Shown: positions 1 to 9,902 of the stretch, one piece after another
Numbering within the stretch: position 1 is the first letter of the stretch
Layout of the letters: every line of letters begins with the position of its first letter
Assembly (NCBI GenBank): GCA_937911265.1
Contig: CALDRG010000063.1
Coordinates: forward strand, 5,862 to 69,861
Source of the DNA: an uncultured euryarchaeote
GTDB taxonomy: Archaea > Thermoplasmatota > Poseidoniia > Poseidoniales > Thalassarchaeaceae
Reading direction: 5' to 3'
DNA: 64,000 nucleotides
Made by a program: the position numbers and the translations under genes
The notes under the pieces: model-generated
Databases searched by the model: none
The model's input: the letters and a program-made list of their open reading frames with translations, nothing else
What the model was told of the DNA's origin: nothing

Positions 1-2
1 GC

Positions 3-848
3 GCTGGCGTCTCAAGCCTCGTAGTAGCTGGAGGGATGGAATCGATGAGTAACGCCCCTCACTTCATCAGAGGGGCCAGGCGCGGCGATGACATCTCCTA
101 CGCCTCGCTGGAGTCAGTGCTTGTGCACGACGGCCTAAAGGATGCGTACACCGGAGAGTCGATGGGCAACACAGGCGAGACTATTGCTGACGAAAATGGC
201 ATCACACGAGAGCAATCCGACGCTTTCGCCGTGCGCTCGCACGCTCTGGCCAACAAGGCTTGGGAAGAAGGTTGGTTGGACAAAGAGGTGTTCGCCGTCG
301 GTGGACTAGAGCGTGACGAGGGTATCCGCAGCGGCTCGACTATGGAATCTCTAGGTGACCTAGAAGCCGTTTTCATAGAAGGTGGACAGGTCACAGCGGG
401 AAACTCCAGTCAGGTCTCAGACGGGGCCTCAGCAGTGCTGATTGCATCCGAAGAGGCTGCTAATCAGCATGGTCTGCCCGTGCTGGCGCGTATTGTCGGC
501 TATGCTACCTCAGGCGTCGAGTCGCACCGAGTGATGTCCGCCCCCATCCCAACCGTTCACAAACTCCTCAAGCAGACCGGGATGAGCATGGAGAACATCG
601 ACATTCTAGAGCATAACGAGGCCTTCGCAGCGGCCTCGTGTGCCATTCAGATAGCTCTTGGCGCTTCAGAAGGCCGTTTCAATCCTCATGGAGGAGCGGT
701 GGCGATAGGCCATCCACTAGGGGCTACCGGTACTCGCTGTCTGATGACTCTAGTGAACGCCCTCGAGCGCTCCGGAGGGAGCCGTGGCATCGTGACGATA
801 TGCCTCGGCGGGGGCAACGCCGTTGCCATGATGGTAGAGCGCGATTGA
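3..848 (+). CDS. Acetyl-CoA C-acetyltransferase (thiolase), 5'-truncated by the window edge
   Basis: Frame is open from base 3 (VVAGGMESMS). Thiolase motifs: TAGNSSQVSDGASA, EHNEAFA, GGAVAIGHPLGATG, CLGGG. Confidence 0.93.
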   Translation, partial: AGVSSLVVAGGMESMSNAPHFIRGARRGDDISYASLESVLVHDGLKDAYTGESMGNTGETIADENGITREQSDAFAVRSHALANKAWEEGWLDKEVFAVGGLERDEGIRSGSTMESLGDLEAVFIEGGQVTAGNSSQVSDGASAVLIASEEAANQHGLPVLARIVGYATSGVESHRVMSAPIPTVHKLLKQTGMSMENIDILEHNEAFAAASCAIQIALGASEGRFNPHGGAVAIGHPLGATGTRCLMTLVNALERSGGSRGIVTICLGGGNAVAMMVERD

Positions 849-923
849 AGGGATGGCACGCCCCCTATGGGGGGCGACTAGTTTGTCATAGGCCTTATTT
901 GGGGGTCGCTGGTCGCCCGGCCG

Positions 924-1178
924 ATGGTAAAGCCCGCAAGAACCCACACACGCTTCGAAAAGGCGAGGATTATCGGTGCTAGAGCGCTTCAGATTAGCAT
1001 GGGAGCTCCTCTCTTCGTAACCGAGGACGAACTGCGTCAACACTTCAGCGATGAGTTGATTCAGCTGTACGGTGTTGAAGAGGCAAAGTGGAGGGTCGTT
1101 CTAGACCCCAACAAGATAGCGATGCTGGAGTACCAACAGCACCGGATACCGATTGACGTAGACCCTCACACAGAGTGA
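924..1178 (+). CDS. rpoK: DNA-directed RNA polymerase subunit K (Rpo6/omega)
   Basis: [21 protein letters not shown]...IAMLE...IPI signature. Confidence 0.95.
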   Translation: MVKPARTHTRFEKARIIGARALQISMGAPLFVTEDELRQHFSDELIQLYGVEEAKWRVVLDPNKIAMLEYQQHRIPIDVDPHTE

Positions 1179-1244
1179 GTCCGCATCGGTTCGGGCAAGT
1201 CTATTTGTCTGAACACCGAGGCTCTCTCACAGGGGGGATTTTAG

Positions 1245-2285
1245 TTGCTCGACGGGATCCAAGCCAAGCAGTTGACTGGGGCTTTGGTGATAGTCACCTT
1301 CCTCGTCATCGCCCTTGGCGGCGTGATTCGAATCTACGACGCAGGGGAATCATGTCCGGACTGGCCGACCTGCTTTGGCACGATTGGTTTTGACGTCTCA
1401 GAGGCCGAGCAAGAGGCATGGTACGAGGCCAATCCCGATGAGATTGACTCAAGGGGGAGTGGCCACCGTTACACGACTTTTCAGATCTTCACAGAGTGGG
1501 CGCACCGACTGCTCGCAGGAGTTGTTCTAGGGCCTCTTGTGCTCCTCAATTGGCTGATAGTCAGACGTGAAGAGGAGCTCGGTTCCGAGGTCCATCTGGC
1601 TTCCAGCATTGCGGTGGCCCTGATAGTATGGCAGGGGGCTGTGGGATGGCTGACGGTAAGTATGGACAACGAGCACTGGAGTGTCGCCCTACATCTGGGC
1701 TCAGCCCTCGCATTCATGCTCAGCCTAATCTGGCTCTGGCTAGCGATATCAAAGGACCATCGCAAACTGCCTGATTGGGCAAACTTCGAGGCGACTTCGA
1801 AGAATTGGAGGGGTCGGTTGTTCTGGCTTTCTACGGGAATCCTGTTCACACTGTTCTCGGGCGCCTTCGTTTCGACAACCAATGGAGCGAATGCCGCTTG
1901 CGGGGTCAACGGTTTGTTTGAATCGTGGCCATTGTGCCACGGAGAGTTGATTTCGTCGGTTCACGACTGGGTGCTGCAGTCTCAGGTCATCCATAGATGG
2001 ATGGTAGTTGGAGTCGCAGCCAGTCTGTTGGGAGCATCATGGTTGGCCTGGAAGGAATTCGGCTCAGACAATGTGTTGTACAAGTGGTTCTGGTGGTCGA
2101 CCGCCCTGTATCTGGTAAACATCGGCATTGGAGCCTCGTACATCCTATCATGGGATATCAGTGACGGCTATATCGAGTACCTCTCACTGATCCATCTGCT
2201 TGTAGCCTCACTCTCTTTCATCGTCCTATCTACGGCTTGGATGGGAGCGACAATGGGGCTTGTAAAGGAGGAACAGCATGAATGA
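1245..2285 (+). CDS. ctaA: Heme A synthase (COX15/CtaA)
   Basis: CPDWPTC, EWAHR, second Cys pair ending WPLC, conserved His in TM helices; overlaps ctaB. Confidence 0.9.
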   Translation: MLDGIQAKQLTGALVIVTFLVIALGGVIRIYDAGESCPDWPTCFGTIGFDVSEAEQEAWYEANPDEIDSRGSGHRYTTFQIFTEWAHRLLAGVVLGPLVLLNWLIVRREEELGSEVHLASSIAVALIVWQGAVGWLTVSMDNEHWSVALHLGSALAFMLSLIWLWLAISKDHRKLPDWANFEATSKNWRGRLFWLSTGILFTLFSGAFVSTTNGANAACGVNGLFESWPLCHGELISSVHDWVLQSQVIHRWMVVGVAASLLGASWLAWKEFGSDNVLYKWFWWSTALYLVNIGIGASYILSWDISDGYIEYLSLIHLLVASLSFIVLSTAWMGATMGLVKEEQHE

Positions 2286-3315
2286 CCTGAGGCCATACTT
2301 CTCCCTGACCAAGCCACGGGTGGTCGTGCTCCTACAGATTACTGCGTTGTGCTCAGTGCTGGTGCACGACCAGCTCGGTGGCGGACTAGATGCAAACACA
2401 GCGCGGACAGTGCTGGTGGTATTCGTAGGAGGGTACCTGAGCGCTGGGGGCGCCAATGCGATCAACATGTGGTACGACAGGGACATCGATCCACTGATGA
2501 CGCGCACGAAGAACCGGCCCGTGCCCGCGGGTGAGGTCTCGGCCAACGCCGCTCTGGGATTCGGAATCACCCTGTCACTTCTCGGAGTAGCGTGGTTTGA
2601 GATATTGGCCAACTCAGTGGCCGCATTCTGGTCGGCTTTCAGCATCCTGTTCTACGTATTCATCTACAGCATATGGCTGAAGCGTACAACGCCGCAGAAC
2701 ATAGTCATCGGCGGCATCGCCGGCTCGACGCCGCCCGTGATAGGCTGGGCAGCGGCTGAGGGCGAACTCACGGTAGCTACTGACTCGGCCCGGGTTATGT
2801 TGGAGTCACTCCTCGACCTAGGCAGCCTGATGCCGTGGTTCATGTTCCTGCTAATCTTCCTGTGGACTCCTCCTCACTTCTGGGCGCTAGCACTGTACCG
2901 TTCCGAGGAGTATGGGAATGTGGGCATCCCGATGATGCCGAACGTTAAGGGAGCAGAGAGGACGGTTCGCGAGATGAAGGCATACGCTGCGCTTCTAGTG
3001 ATTTTGTCGATAGCTGCCCCAATGAGTTACGGCGGTATAAATGAGAGCGACGCCATCTACCAAGTCCTCGGCTGTACGACAATTGGACTGAGCATTTGGT
3101 ACTCGAGCACAGTCTGGAGAGTGGATCTAAGCGAGCAGCGCGACCCCACTGGGAGGATACCAACGGCCGCCCGCTCCTTCTTCGTCTCCATGCTCTACCT
3201 AGCCCTGATGTTCATAGTTCTAGTCACAGCCAGTTTCGGGCTACTGGGCGCCGGAATAGGTGCTGTTCTAGCTGTAACTGCAATGGTTCGCAGCGAGACC
3301 CGGGCGAAGTCCTGA
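2278..3315 (+). CDS. ctaB: Protoheme IX farnesyltransferase (heme O synthase)
   Basis: LTKPRV, NMWYDRDIDPLMTRTKNRP, LKRTTPQNIVIGG, WTPPHFWAL. Confidence 0.95.
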   Translation: MNDLRPYFSLTKPRVVVLLQITALCSVLVHDQLGGGLDANTARTVLVVFVGGYLSAGGANAINMWYDRDIDPLMTRTKNRPVPAGEVSANAALGFGITLSLLGVAWFEILANSVAAFWSAFSILFYVFIYSIWLKRTTPQNIVIGGIAGSTPPVIGWAAAEGELTVATDSARVMLESLLDLGSLMPWFMFLLIFLWTPPHFWALALYRSEEYGNVGIPMMPNVKGAERTVREMKAYAALLVILSIAAPMSYGGINESDAIYQVLGCTTIGLSIWYSSTVWRVDLSEQRDPTGRIPTAARSFFVSMLYLALMFIVLVTASFGLLGAGIGAVLAVTAMVRSETRAKS

Positions 3316-3376
3316 GAGCCCGATGGCTTCAAACACCGAGTGCACCATCGCGCTGCGTCGTAAAGGAGGTGGGGCA

Positions 3377-4633
3377 ATGAATGAGCAGGACCTGATTTAC
3401 GATTGGAACAAGATAGATTACGAGATTGAGCGAGATGGGTCGAACCACCCGCATGAATTATGGTTCGACGACGAGACCTTGCGTGACGGTCTGCAGAGCC
3501 CGAGTGCTCGCAACCCGACCATAGAACAGAAGATTGAGTTAATTGACTTCATGGAGTCCCTCGGAATCCAAAAAGCGGATCTCGGGCTTCCCGGTGCTGG
3601 ACCCTTTCATGTCGGCCACATCGATGCAATGCTCACTCACATGGGCGAGAACGACTACGCGCTGCGCCCTGGATGCGCTGTCCGTACGGTGGTGAGCGAC
3701 ATCGAGCCACTGGTAGATCTGCAGGCCAAGCACGAACGGCAGATACAGGCTAGCGCCTTCCTAGGGACCAGTCCAATTCGCCAGTATGCAGAGGACTGGA
3801 CGATGGAGAAGATTATCTCGACAGCCGAGAAGGCTGTATCATTCGCCATCGACAACGACATTCCAGTGATGTTTGTCACCGAAGACACCACGCGCAGTAA
3901 ACCAGAGGATATCAAGGCCGTATACACTAGGGCACTGGAGCTCGGTGCTGACCGAATCTGCGTGTGCGACACATGCGGGCACGTTACCCCCAACGGAGTC
4001 CGCAAGTTGCTCTCTTTCATTCAAAACGAAGTGATACCCGACGCAGGGGTGAAGCGACGTGACATCGAGGTCAACTGGCACGGGCATCAAGACCGTGGAC
4101 TTGGCGTCGCCAACAACCTCGCTGCCTACGAGGCCGGGGCCGATGTCATCCACGGGACCGCCCTCGGAGTGGGCGAGAGGGCCGGCAACGCCCCTCTCGA
4201 CCAGACGCTTGTCAATCTCAGCCTTATGGGAGTGATTAGCAATGACCTGACTGCCCTAAACCAATACATGCGCAAGGCGCACGAATACGTCGAAGTTGCT
4301 CTGCCTCGCAACTACCCTGTGTTCGGCAAGGACGCCTTCGAGACCGGGACGGGTGTGCACGCGTCCGCAGTGGTCAAGGCGATGAAGAAGGGTGACCACT
4401 GGCTCGCAGACCGCATTTACTCTGGAGTACCTGCTGCGGACTATGGGCTGCAGCAGGTAATCCGGATAGGTCACATGAGTGGGCGCTCCAACATCATCTG
4501 GTGGCTACAGCAGAACGGCTACGAAGCGACTGACGAACTGGTATCGAACTTGTTTGAAGTGGCCAAGGGACAGCGTAGAATGATGACCGATGAAGAGGTC
4601 CATACAGCCATCTCAGGATTCCTCCAGTCATGA
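3377..4633 (+). CDS. DRE-TIM metallolyase, LeuA/homocitrate synthase family, without C-terminal regulatory domain
   Basis: DETLRDGLQ, HGHQDRG, GVGERAGN, GVHASA, GHMSG motifs. SD GGAGGTG precedes ATG 3377. Confidence 0.85.
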   Translation: MNEQDLIYDWNKIDYEIERDGSNHPHELWFDDETLRDGLQSPSARNPTIEQKIELIDFMESLGIQKADLGLPGAGPFHVGHIDAMLTHMGENDYALRPGCAVRTVVSDIEPLVDLQAKHERQIQASAFLGTSPIRQYAEDWTMEKIISTAEKAVSFAIDNDIPVMFVTEDTTRSKPEDIKAVYTRALELGADRICVCDTCGHVTPNGVRKLLSFIQNEVIPDAGVKRRDIEVNWHGHQDRGLGVANNLAAYEAGADVIHGTALGVGERAGNAPLDQTLVNLSLMGVISNDLTALNQYMRKAHEYVEVALPRNYPVFGKDAFETGTGVHASAVVKAMKKGDHWLADRIYSGVPAADYGLQQVIRIGHMSGRSNIIWWLQQNGYEATDELVSNLFEVAKGQRRMMTDEEVHTAISGFLQS

Positions 4634-4691
4634 AGCAGGTGCTTCACACTATAGACGAATGGCTAAATGTCGAATGCGTTCGAGTTCGGTC

Positions 4692-7600
4692 ATGCGCACG
4701 GCGCTAGCGGTACTCATCATCCTCCTATTCGCCCCCCTTGGGGGCGTGATTGCTGACAGTGCGGGGCAGCCAGACGACCTTGGAATAGAGGGCGACGAGA
4801 TACTGCCTACATACTCGCGAGCCGTGCAGTTGGCCTTCGAAAGAGTCGGGGACATGAGTGGCTACTCGGAGGAGGATATCGAAGGAGTGCACGAGTGGCT
4901 TGTCGTCACAAGAGTCCCCATCGAAAAGCACCAATTGACTAAGGCAGCGCCTGAATCGAGCGAACCGGCCCCTATTCTTCGAGGAGCCTACATCTGGGTT
5001 TTCGACTACCCACTCAAGTCGGTGGCTCTGCTCCAGCAGTCTCTTGAAGCGGGTGAAATTGAATCATTCTCACCACTGCTGGAGAAGAAGCAGGAACCGC
5101 GACTCTCGCCGAACGACACAGAGTTCTCAGAGCAGTGGCACCTTGAGAACACCGGCCAGACCAACGGCTTATCGGGAGAGGATGTCAACGTCACCAGCAC
5201 CTGGGACACCTACACCGGATCTGGAGTAGTAATCAGTGTGGTCGATGATGGGCTCGACCATGCCCACAGCGATCTCAGCCCTCACTACTCATCGCTACTC
5301 TCGTACGACTGGTGCAACGACGATGGTGATCCCAGTCCCTCCAGCTGGAACGGTCACGGCACGGCCGTGGCCGGAGTGGCCGCTGCAGTCGGGAACAACG
5401 CACTGGACGTCACCGGAGTCGCATTCAACGCAACCATTGCGGGATCGACGTTGATTGCGTGCTGGGCTGGTGATGCGACCGAAGCTGATGCACTGAGTTA
5501 CGAGAGTGACGATATCGACATCTACACCAATTCTTGGGGCCCTGCTGACGACGGTCAGACCCTCGAGGCGCCCGGACCGCTAACTCTGGCGGCCTTCGAA
5601 AGTGATGCCTACGACGGACGCGAGGGATTAGGCAACCTAATCACATGGGCTGCAGGCAACGGCCTCGGCTCAGACGACAACTCAAACTACGACGGTTACG
5701 CCAACAGTCGCTTCACCATCGCCGTCACCGCAATCGACCACGACGGTGACCAGTCCTACTACGCTGAGCCGGGGGCGAACATACTCGTCGCAGCGCACTC
5801 CAATGGTGACGGCGAAGGTATCACTACGACCGATATCTCCGGCACAGGCGGCTACAACAGCAGCGGCAACGTGACTCATACCTTCGGCGGCACCTCTAGC
5901 GCCACCCCGTTGGCCGCTGGAGTCATTGCGCTGATACTCGACGCCAACGAAAACCTGACTTGGAGGGATGTGCAACACGTTCTAGTCAACAGTGCGCGCA
6001 TGAATGATGCCAGTGACTCGTCATGGGGCGTAAACGGCGCCGGACACGACGTCTCGCACAAGTACGGTTTCGGGGTGGTCGATGCCGGCGCCGCCGTCTC
6101 TGTAGCCGAGAACTGGATCAACGTAGGAGATGAGTTGAACTCCACCTACGGACCCTATGCTCCTTCGGCAAACATCCCTGACGATACGCCTGAATGGACC
6201 GAATTCACGACTATGGTTACAGACGAGTACTCACTCGAGAGCGTAGATGTGGCGGTCGACATAACTCACACTGCGAGAGGAGATCTCGATATCGTACTAG
6301 TCTCTCCTTCCGGAACTGAGTCTTGGTTGGCTGAGTCACGCAACGACAATGGAAACCACTACTCTGACTGGATGTTTAGCACTGTAAGACACTGGGATGA
6401 GTCTTCATTGGGAAATTGGACGCTGAAGGTACGTGACACATCTTCGGGTGCGACTGGCACACTAGATTCATGGGAGTTATTATTGCATGGAGTAGACATA
6501 GACTACGACCACGATGACGACGGATTGAGCGACCAGAATGAGACGCTGGTATACGGTACTGACCCCTATGACTCCGACACCGACGATGATGGATTAAGCG
6601 ACTTCGATGAAGTGATGATACATGGAACAGACCCATTGGCTATTGATACCGACCTTGACGGGCTGAGCGACTGGTCTGAAGTGACTACCACTGGTACTGA
6701 TCCGCTCGACTCTGACACTGATGATGACGGGCTGAGCGATGGTGCTGAGATTAACTTCTGGCAGAGTGACCCTCTTTGGTACGACCCTGATGCCGACTCC
6801 GACCTATTCTACCACTTCAATGACTGTAACGATACAAACCCAAATGTCAACCCAGGCAGGCCGGAGCTACTGAACGACATCGATGACAACTGCGACACCT
6901 TTGTCGATGAGGGTTACAACTTCACCGACAGAGACAATGACGGACTCAAGGACTGGAACGAGTACCACGTCCACGGCACTGACTACATGGACTCCGACAC
7001 CGATGACGACGGGCTGGATGACGGTGAGGAAGTCAACATCTACGCCGCCCTTGGCTCGGACCCGTTGGTGTATGACCCCGACTCTGACTCAGACTTGTGG
7101 TACTGGTTTGAGGACTGCGACGACGAGGACGGTAATCGATCTCCCGGCCACGTCGAACTGCTCGACAACTTCGACAACGACTGCGACTTCCTAATCGACG
7201 AAGATTACTGGGACCGCGATACCGACAACGACGGGCTGACCGACTACGACGAGTATCACAACATCACCACCGACTACCTTGACGGGGACACCGACGGCGA
7301 CGGGTTACCCGACGGCCTAGAGTACAATGAGTACTCCTCAATGGGAGCCGACCCGCTGGTCCACGACGACGATGCTGATTCCGACGGCTGGTACTGGTTC
7401 CAAGACTGTGATGACGAGGATTTCGACAGAGCGCCGCTCAAGCCCGAGGCCCTCGATGGCAAGGACAACGACTGCGACGAAGTCGTTGACGAGGACTTCT
7501 TCGAACTCGACAGTGACGACGACGGACTGACTGACTTCGATGAGTTTCACAACTTTACCACTGACCCGGGGCTGGCCGACAGCGACGCGGACGGGATGTC

Positions 7601-8444
7601 GGACGGTCACGAGGTGATGGTCAGTGGCTCAGACCCCATGCAGTTCAACTTCGACCGCGACGAGGACGGATTCTACGACTTTGAGGACTGTGAGGACCTT
7701 GTCGGCACCATCAACCCTGCAGGAGTCGAGACTTGGAACGGCCGAGATGATGACTGCAACGATGCAGTTGATGATGGATTGAGCAGGAAGAACTTGGTCA
7801 CAACTATCCCTGACTTCCGCCAAGTGCACTTGTGGGACGCGGTCAATGAGAGTCTTGTTCTCAGCATCGGCCCGATACCGGAAAATGTCGTCGTCTCGCT
7901 GTCATGGCAGTTTGGCGATTACACATTGACGGAGAACGTCAGCTCCGACGGGAGGGGCATTGTCATCGAACCTATCGACTGCGATGCCGGAGACACCACT
8001 CTAACCATCTACCTGTGCGGCCAAGGTAGTGGACCGCAGCAGATTACTGCAACCCTAGTTGACTCGGGTCAGACTACTGTCTTCGTCTGGGACATAGACA
8101 TGGATGTATGGATACCGCCGGAGACACTCTCAGAGAAGTTACTCTCTTTCGTCACTTCTCCTACCGGGCTCGCTGTGACCCTCGTGGCGCTACTATCCAT
8201 GATAGGAGGTTGCGTCTACGCAGTGGGAAGATTCTCGCACAAGCGCAAGCTCAAGGACGCTTACGAGGCGTACGATCTGAAACCAGAGAAGTTCTCACTC
8301 TCACCGGAGTTTCAGGACTACGATTTACCCTCCGCACCTGATTTGGGTGCCCTCATAGGGCAGCATAATACTCCTGTTGAACTGCCATCCGTACCGGTAT
8401 TCGAAGATGAGGACGAGATACCTCGGGCCCCTAAACTAGACTGA
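4692..8444 (+). CDS. Membrane-anchored S8B (kexin/furin-like) serine protease with P-domain and Asp-rich Ca-binding repeats
   Basis: Signal peptide; VVDDG, HGTAVAG, AAGNG, GGTSSATP; P-domain (ITHTARGDL...GNWTLKVRD); C-terminal TM followed by KRK. Start codon inferred. Confidence 0.9.
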   Translation: MRTALAVLIILLFAPLGGVIADSAGQPDDLGIEGDEILPTYSRAVQLAFERVGDMSGYSEEDIEGVHEWLVVTRVPIEKHQLTKAAPESSEPAPILRGAYIWVFDYPLKSVALLQQSLEAGEIESFSPLLEKKQEPRLSPNDTEFSEQWHLENTGQTNGLSGEDVNVTSTWDTYTGSGVVISVVDDGLDHAHSDLSPHYSSLLSYDWCNDDGDPSPSSWNGHGTAVAGVAAAVGNNALDVTGVAFNATIAGSTLIACWAGDATEADALSYESDDIDIYTNSWGPADDGQTLEAPGPLTLAAFESDAYDGREGLGNLITWAAGNGLGSDDNSNYDGYANSRFTIAVTAIDHDGDQSYYAEPGANILVAAHSNGDGEGITTTDISGTGGYNSSGNVTHTFGGTSSATPLAAGVIALILDANENLTWRDVQHVLVNSARMNDASDSSWGVNGAGHDVSHKYGFGVVDAGAAVSVAENWINVGDELNSTYGPYAPSANIPDDTPEWTEFTTMVTDEYSLESVDVAVDITHTARGDLDIVLVSPSGTESWLAESRNDNGNHYSDWMFSTVRHWDESSLGNWTLKVRDTSSGATGTLDSWELLLHGVDIDYDHDDDGLSDQNETLVYGTDPYDSDTDDDGLSDFDEVMIHGTDPLAIDTDLDGLSDWSEVTTTGTDPLDSDTDDDGLSDGAEINFWQSDPLWYDPDADSDLFYHFNDCNDTNPNVNPGRPELLNDIDDNCDTFVDEGYNFTDRDNDGLKDWNEYHVHGTDYMDSDTDDDGLDDGEEVNIYAALGSDPLVYDPDSDSDLWYWFEDCDDEDGNRSPGHVELLDNFDNDCDFLIDEDYWDRDTDNDGLTDYDEYHNITTDYLDGDTDGDGLPDGLEYNEYSSMGADPLVHDDDADSDGWYWFQDCDDEDFDRAPLKPEALDGKDNDCDEVVDEDFFELDSDDDGLTDFDEFHNFTTDPGLADSDADGMSDGHEVMVSGSDPMQFNFDRDEDGFYDFEDCEDLVGTINPAGVETWNGRDDDCNDAVDDGLSRKNLVTTIPDFRQVHLWDAVNESLVLSIGPIPENVVVSLSWQFGDYTLTENVSSDGRGIVIEPIDCDAGDTTLTIYLCGQGSGPQQITATLVDSGQTTVFVWDIDMDVWIPPETLSEKLLSFVTSPTGLAVTLVALLSMIGGCVYAVGRFSHKRKLKDAYEAYDLKPEKFSLSPEFQDYDLPSAPDLGALIGQHNTPVELPSVPVFEDEDEIPRAPKLD
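6507..7778 (+). repeat. Coding tandem super-repeat: ten DxDxDG(L/M)xDxxE units and four DC...P...E...DxxC units
   Basis: Counted directly in the translation. Resembles thrombospondin type-3-like repeats and the MopE-related putative metal-binding motif. Confidence 0.85.
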
Positions 8445-9815
8445 CTAAGCCCAATTTGGATCAGCCTCGCCGGCTTCCTCATCTGCTGGATCTTCCTCGT
8501 TGCGCCCCCATTCCGCGTCGGGTGAGCCGCCGGACCATTCCCCTGCCACTGAGATATCCTCGACGTCCTCGTCCTCCCTCCAAGGGGGCTCGCCGTCTGA
8601 GCCGCTGGTGACGAGGCATCCCTCCGGATCCAGTCGCTTGCGAAGAGTCCTGATGCCGCGAGACACTGGAAGGAGATGGCCAATTGGTGTGCCGGCGTTG
8701 ACGAACGGGTGGGTAGCGGTCGAAATCAGCAGGCCTCTGGTCGGAGAGAGGATGTCGTAACTCTCGCCGGGCCTCTCTGGGTCTGTCACCGTGGCAACCG
8801 TCTCACCATCCTCGACGAAACTACCTGCTGGAGTCAATACATCGAGCAGCCCGCCCTGGTCGGAGCGAATCCACACCGATCCGGAAGCTAGTATCCTGAA
8901 TCTTGGTCGGCTCGGGTAGCCGGGTAGAACCTTGAGGCTGCGGAGTACATTCAGCACCCCATAGATGGCGACCTGTACGGATTCCGGGTCAGCCTCGTTC
9001 GAACCACCGCCCTCGTAGGTTATGGCCCCAATTCCAGCATCATTGGCGGTCTTGCGCAGAGAGCCCTTCGGACCTACATTGTCGAGTATCGTCTCAATGC
9101 CGAACGACCTAGCAATCCGATTGCTGGGGCGATCTGCCAAGTTAGCACGAATCTGGGGCATGTTGGTTCGACCGACAGCAGCAGTATGGAGGTCGATCAA
9201 ATGATCGCTGCCCGAGATAATTTTGTGCCACAACCGGTGTGCCACTCTTGAGGTGGTGTTGCTATCGGGCTTTCCGGGAAAGCTCCTGTTCAAATCTCTG
9301 CCATCCGCCATGTACCTGCTCTGTCGCCGATATCCAGGTAGATTGACCACGGGGACTATTCGAAGCGTTCCAGCCATAGCAGCAGGATCAATCGCCTTGT
9401 CCTCACCGAGGAAGTTTGGCCCGCATAGGTAGGTCAGAGCTAGCGGTCCTACGAGCTCGTTTCCGTGAAGGGCCCCGAGCACAGTGACCACAGGTCCAGG
9501 CCTGGCTCCGTGGACTACGGTGATGGGAATTGGCCACGACTCCCCGATGTCGACATCCAGTAAATCAAATTCAATCTGTCTCACGGTGCCGGGACCTATT
9601 CTCTTCTTGAGGAACCTGTGATACTTCGGGCCATTCTTCCTCGACCACCTCTTCGGAGTGCCCTGGGTGTCTTCGAGGGCTTTCTCTATCTCCTTGCGCC
9701 GACTTTGTGGAATTTGATTGGCGACCTTCAACGGTTGCGACCGTCTTCGCTTGGATCTCGGGGCCGCTGCCTCAACAGGGACGTCATCCTGTGAACTCGA
9801 ATTCGTGTCTGTCAC
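8445..9815 (-). CDS. Succinylglutamate desuccinylase/aspartoacylase (M14-like) family protein
   Basis: GALHGNE, DLNRSFPG, DLHT, TYEGG; C-terminal lipoyl-like hairpin. Confidence 0.88.
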   Translation of the reverse strand: MTDTNSSSQDDVPVEAAAPRSKRRRSQPLKVANQIPQSRRKEIEKALEDTQGTPKRWSRKNGPKYHRFLKKRIGPGTVRQIEFDLLDVDIGESWPIPITVVHGARPGPVVTVLGALHGNELVGPLALTYLCGPNFLGEDKAIDPAAMAGTLRIVPVVNLPGYRRQSRYMADGRDLNRSFPGKPDSNTTSRVAHRLWHKIISGSDHLIDLHTAAVGRTNMPQIRANLADRPSNRIARSFGIETILDNVGPKGSLRKTANDAGIGAITYEGGGSNEADPESVQVAIYGVLNVLRSLKVLPGYPSRPRFRILASGSVWIRSDQGGLLDVLTPAGSFVEDGETVATVTDPERPGESYDILSPTRGLLISTATHPFVNAGTPIGHLLPVSRGIRTLRKRLDPEGCLVTSGSDGEPPWREDEDVEDISVAGEWSGGSPDAEWGRNEEDPADEEAGEADPNWA

Positions 9816-9902
9816 CGGTTCACGGAAAAGGTCCCTCGATTAAGAGCATGCGTCGGCCAGACTCTAGAAATTTTCAATTCCTAGTGCGCCCTCGCAAGTA
9901 AT

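Noticed and set aside
860-877. Hairpin CGCCCCC-TATG-GGGGGCG after the thiolase as a repeat element
   Set aside because: Single copy in the window; at most a local terminator or stability hairpin.
6507-7778. Repeated gacgacgacgg-type DNA words as a possible CRISPR array
   Set aside because: They are degenerate, in-frame protein repeats with no identical repeat-spacer structure and no cas genes.
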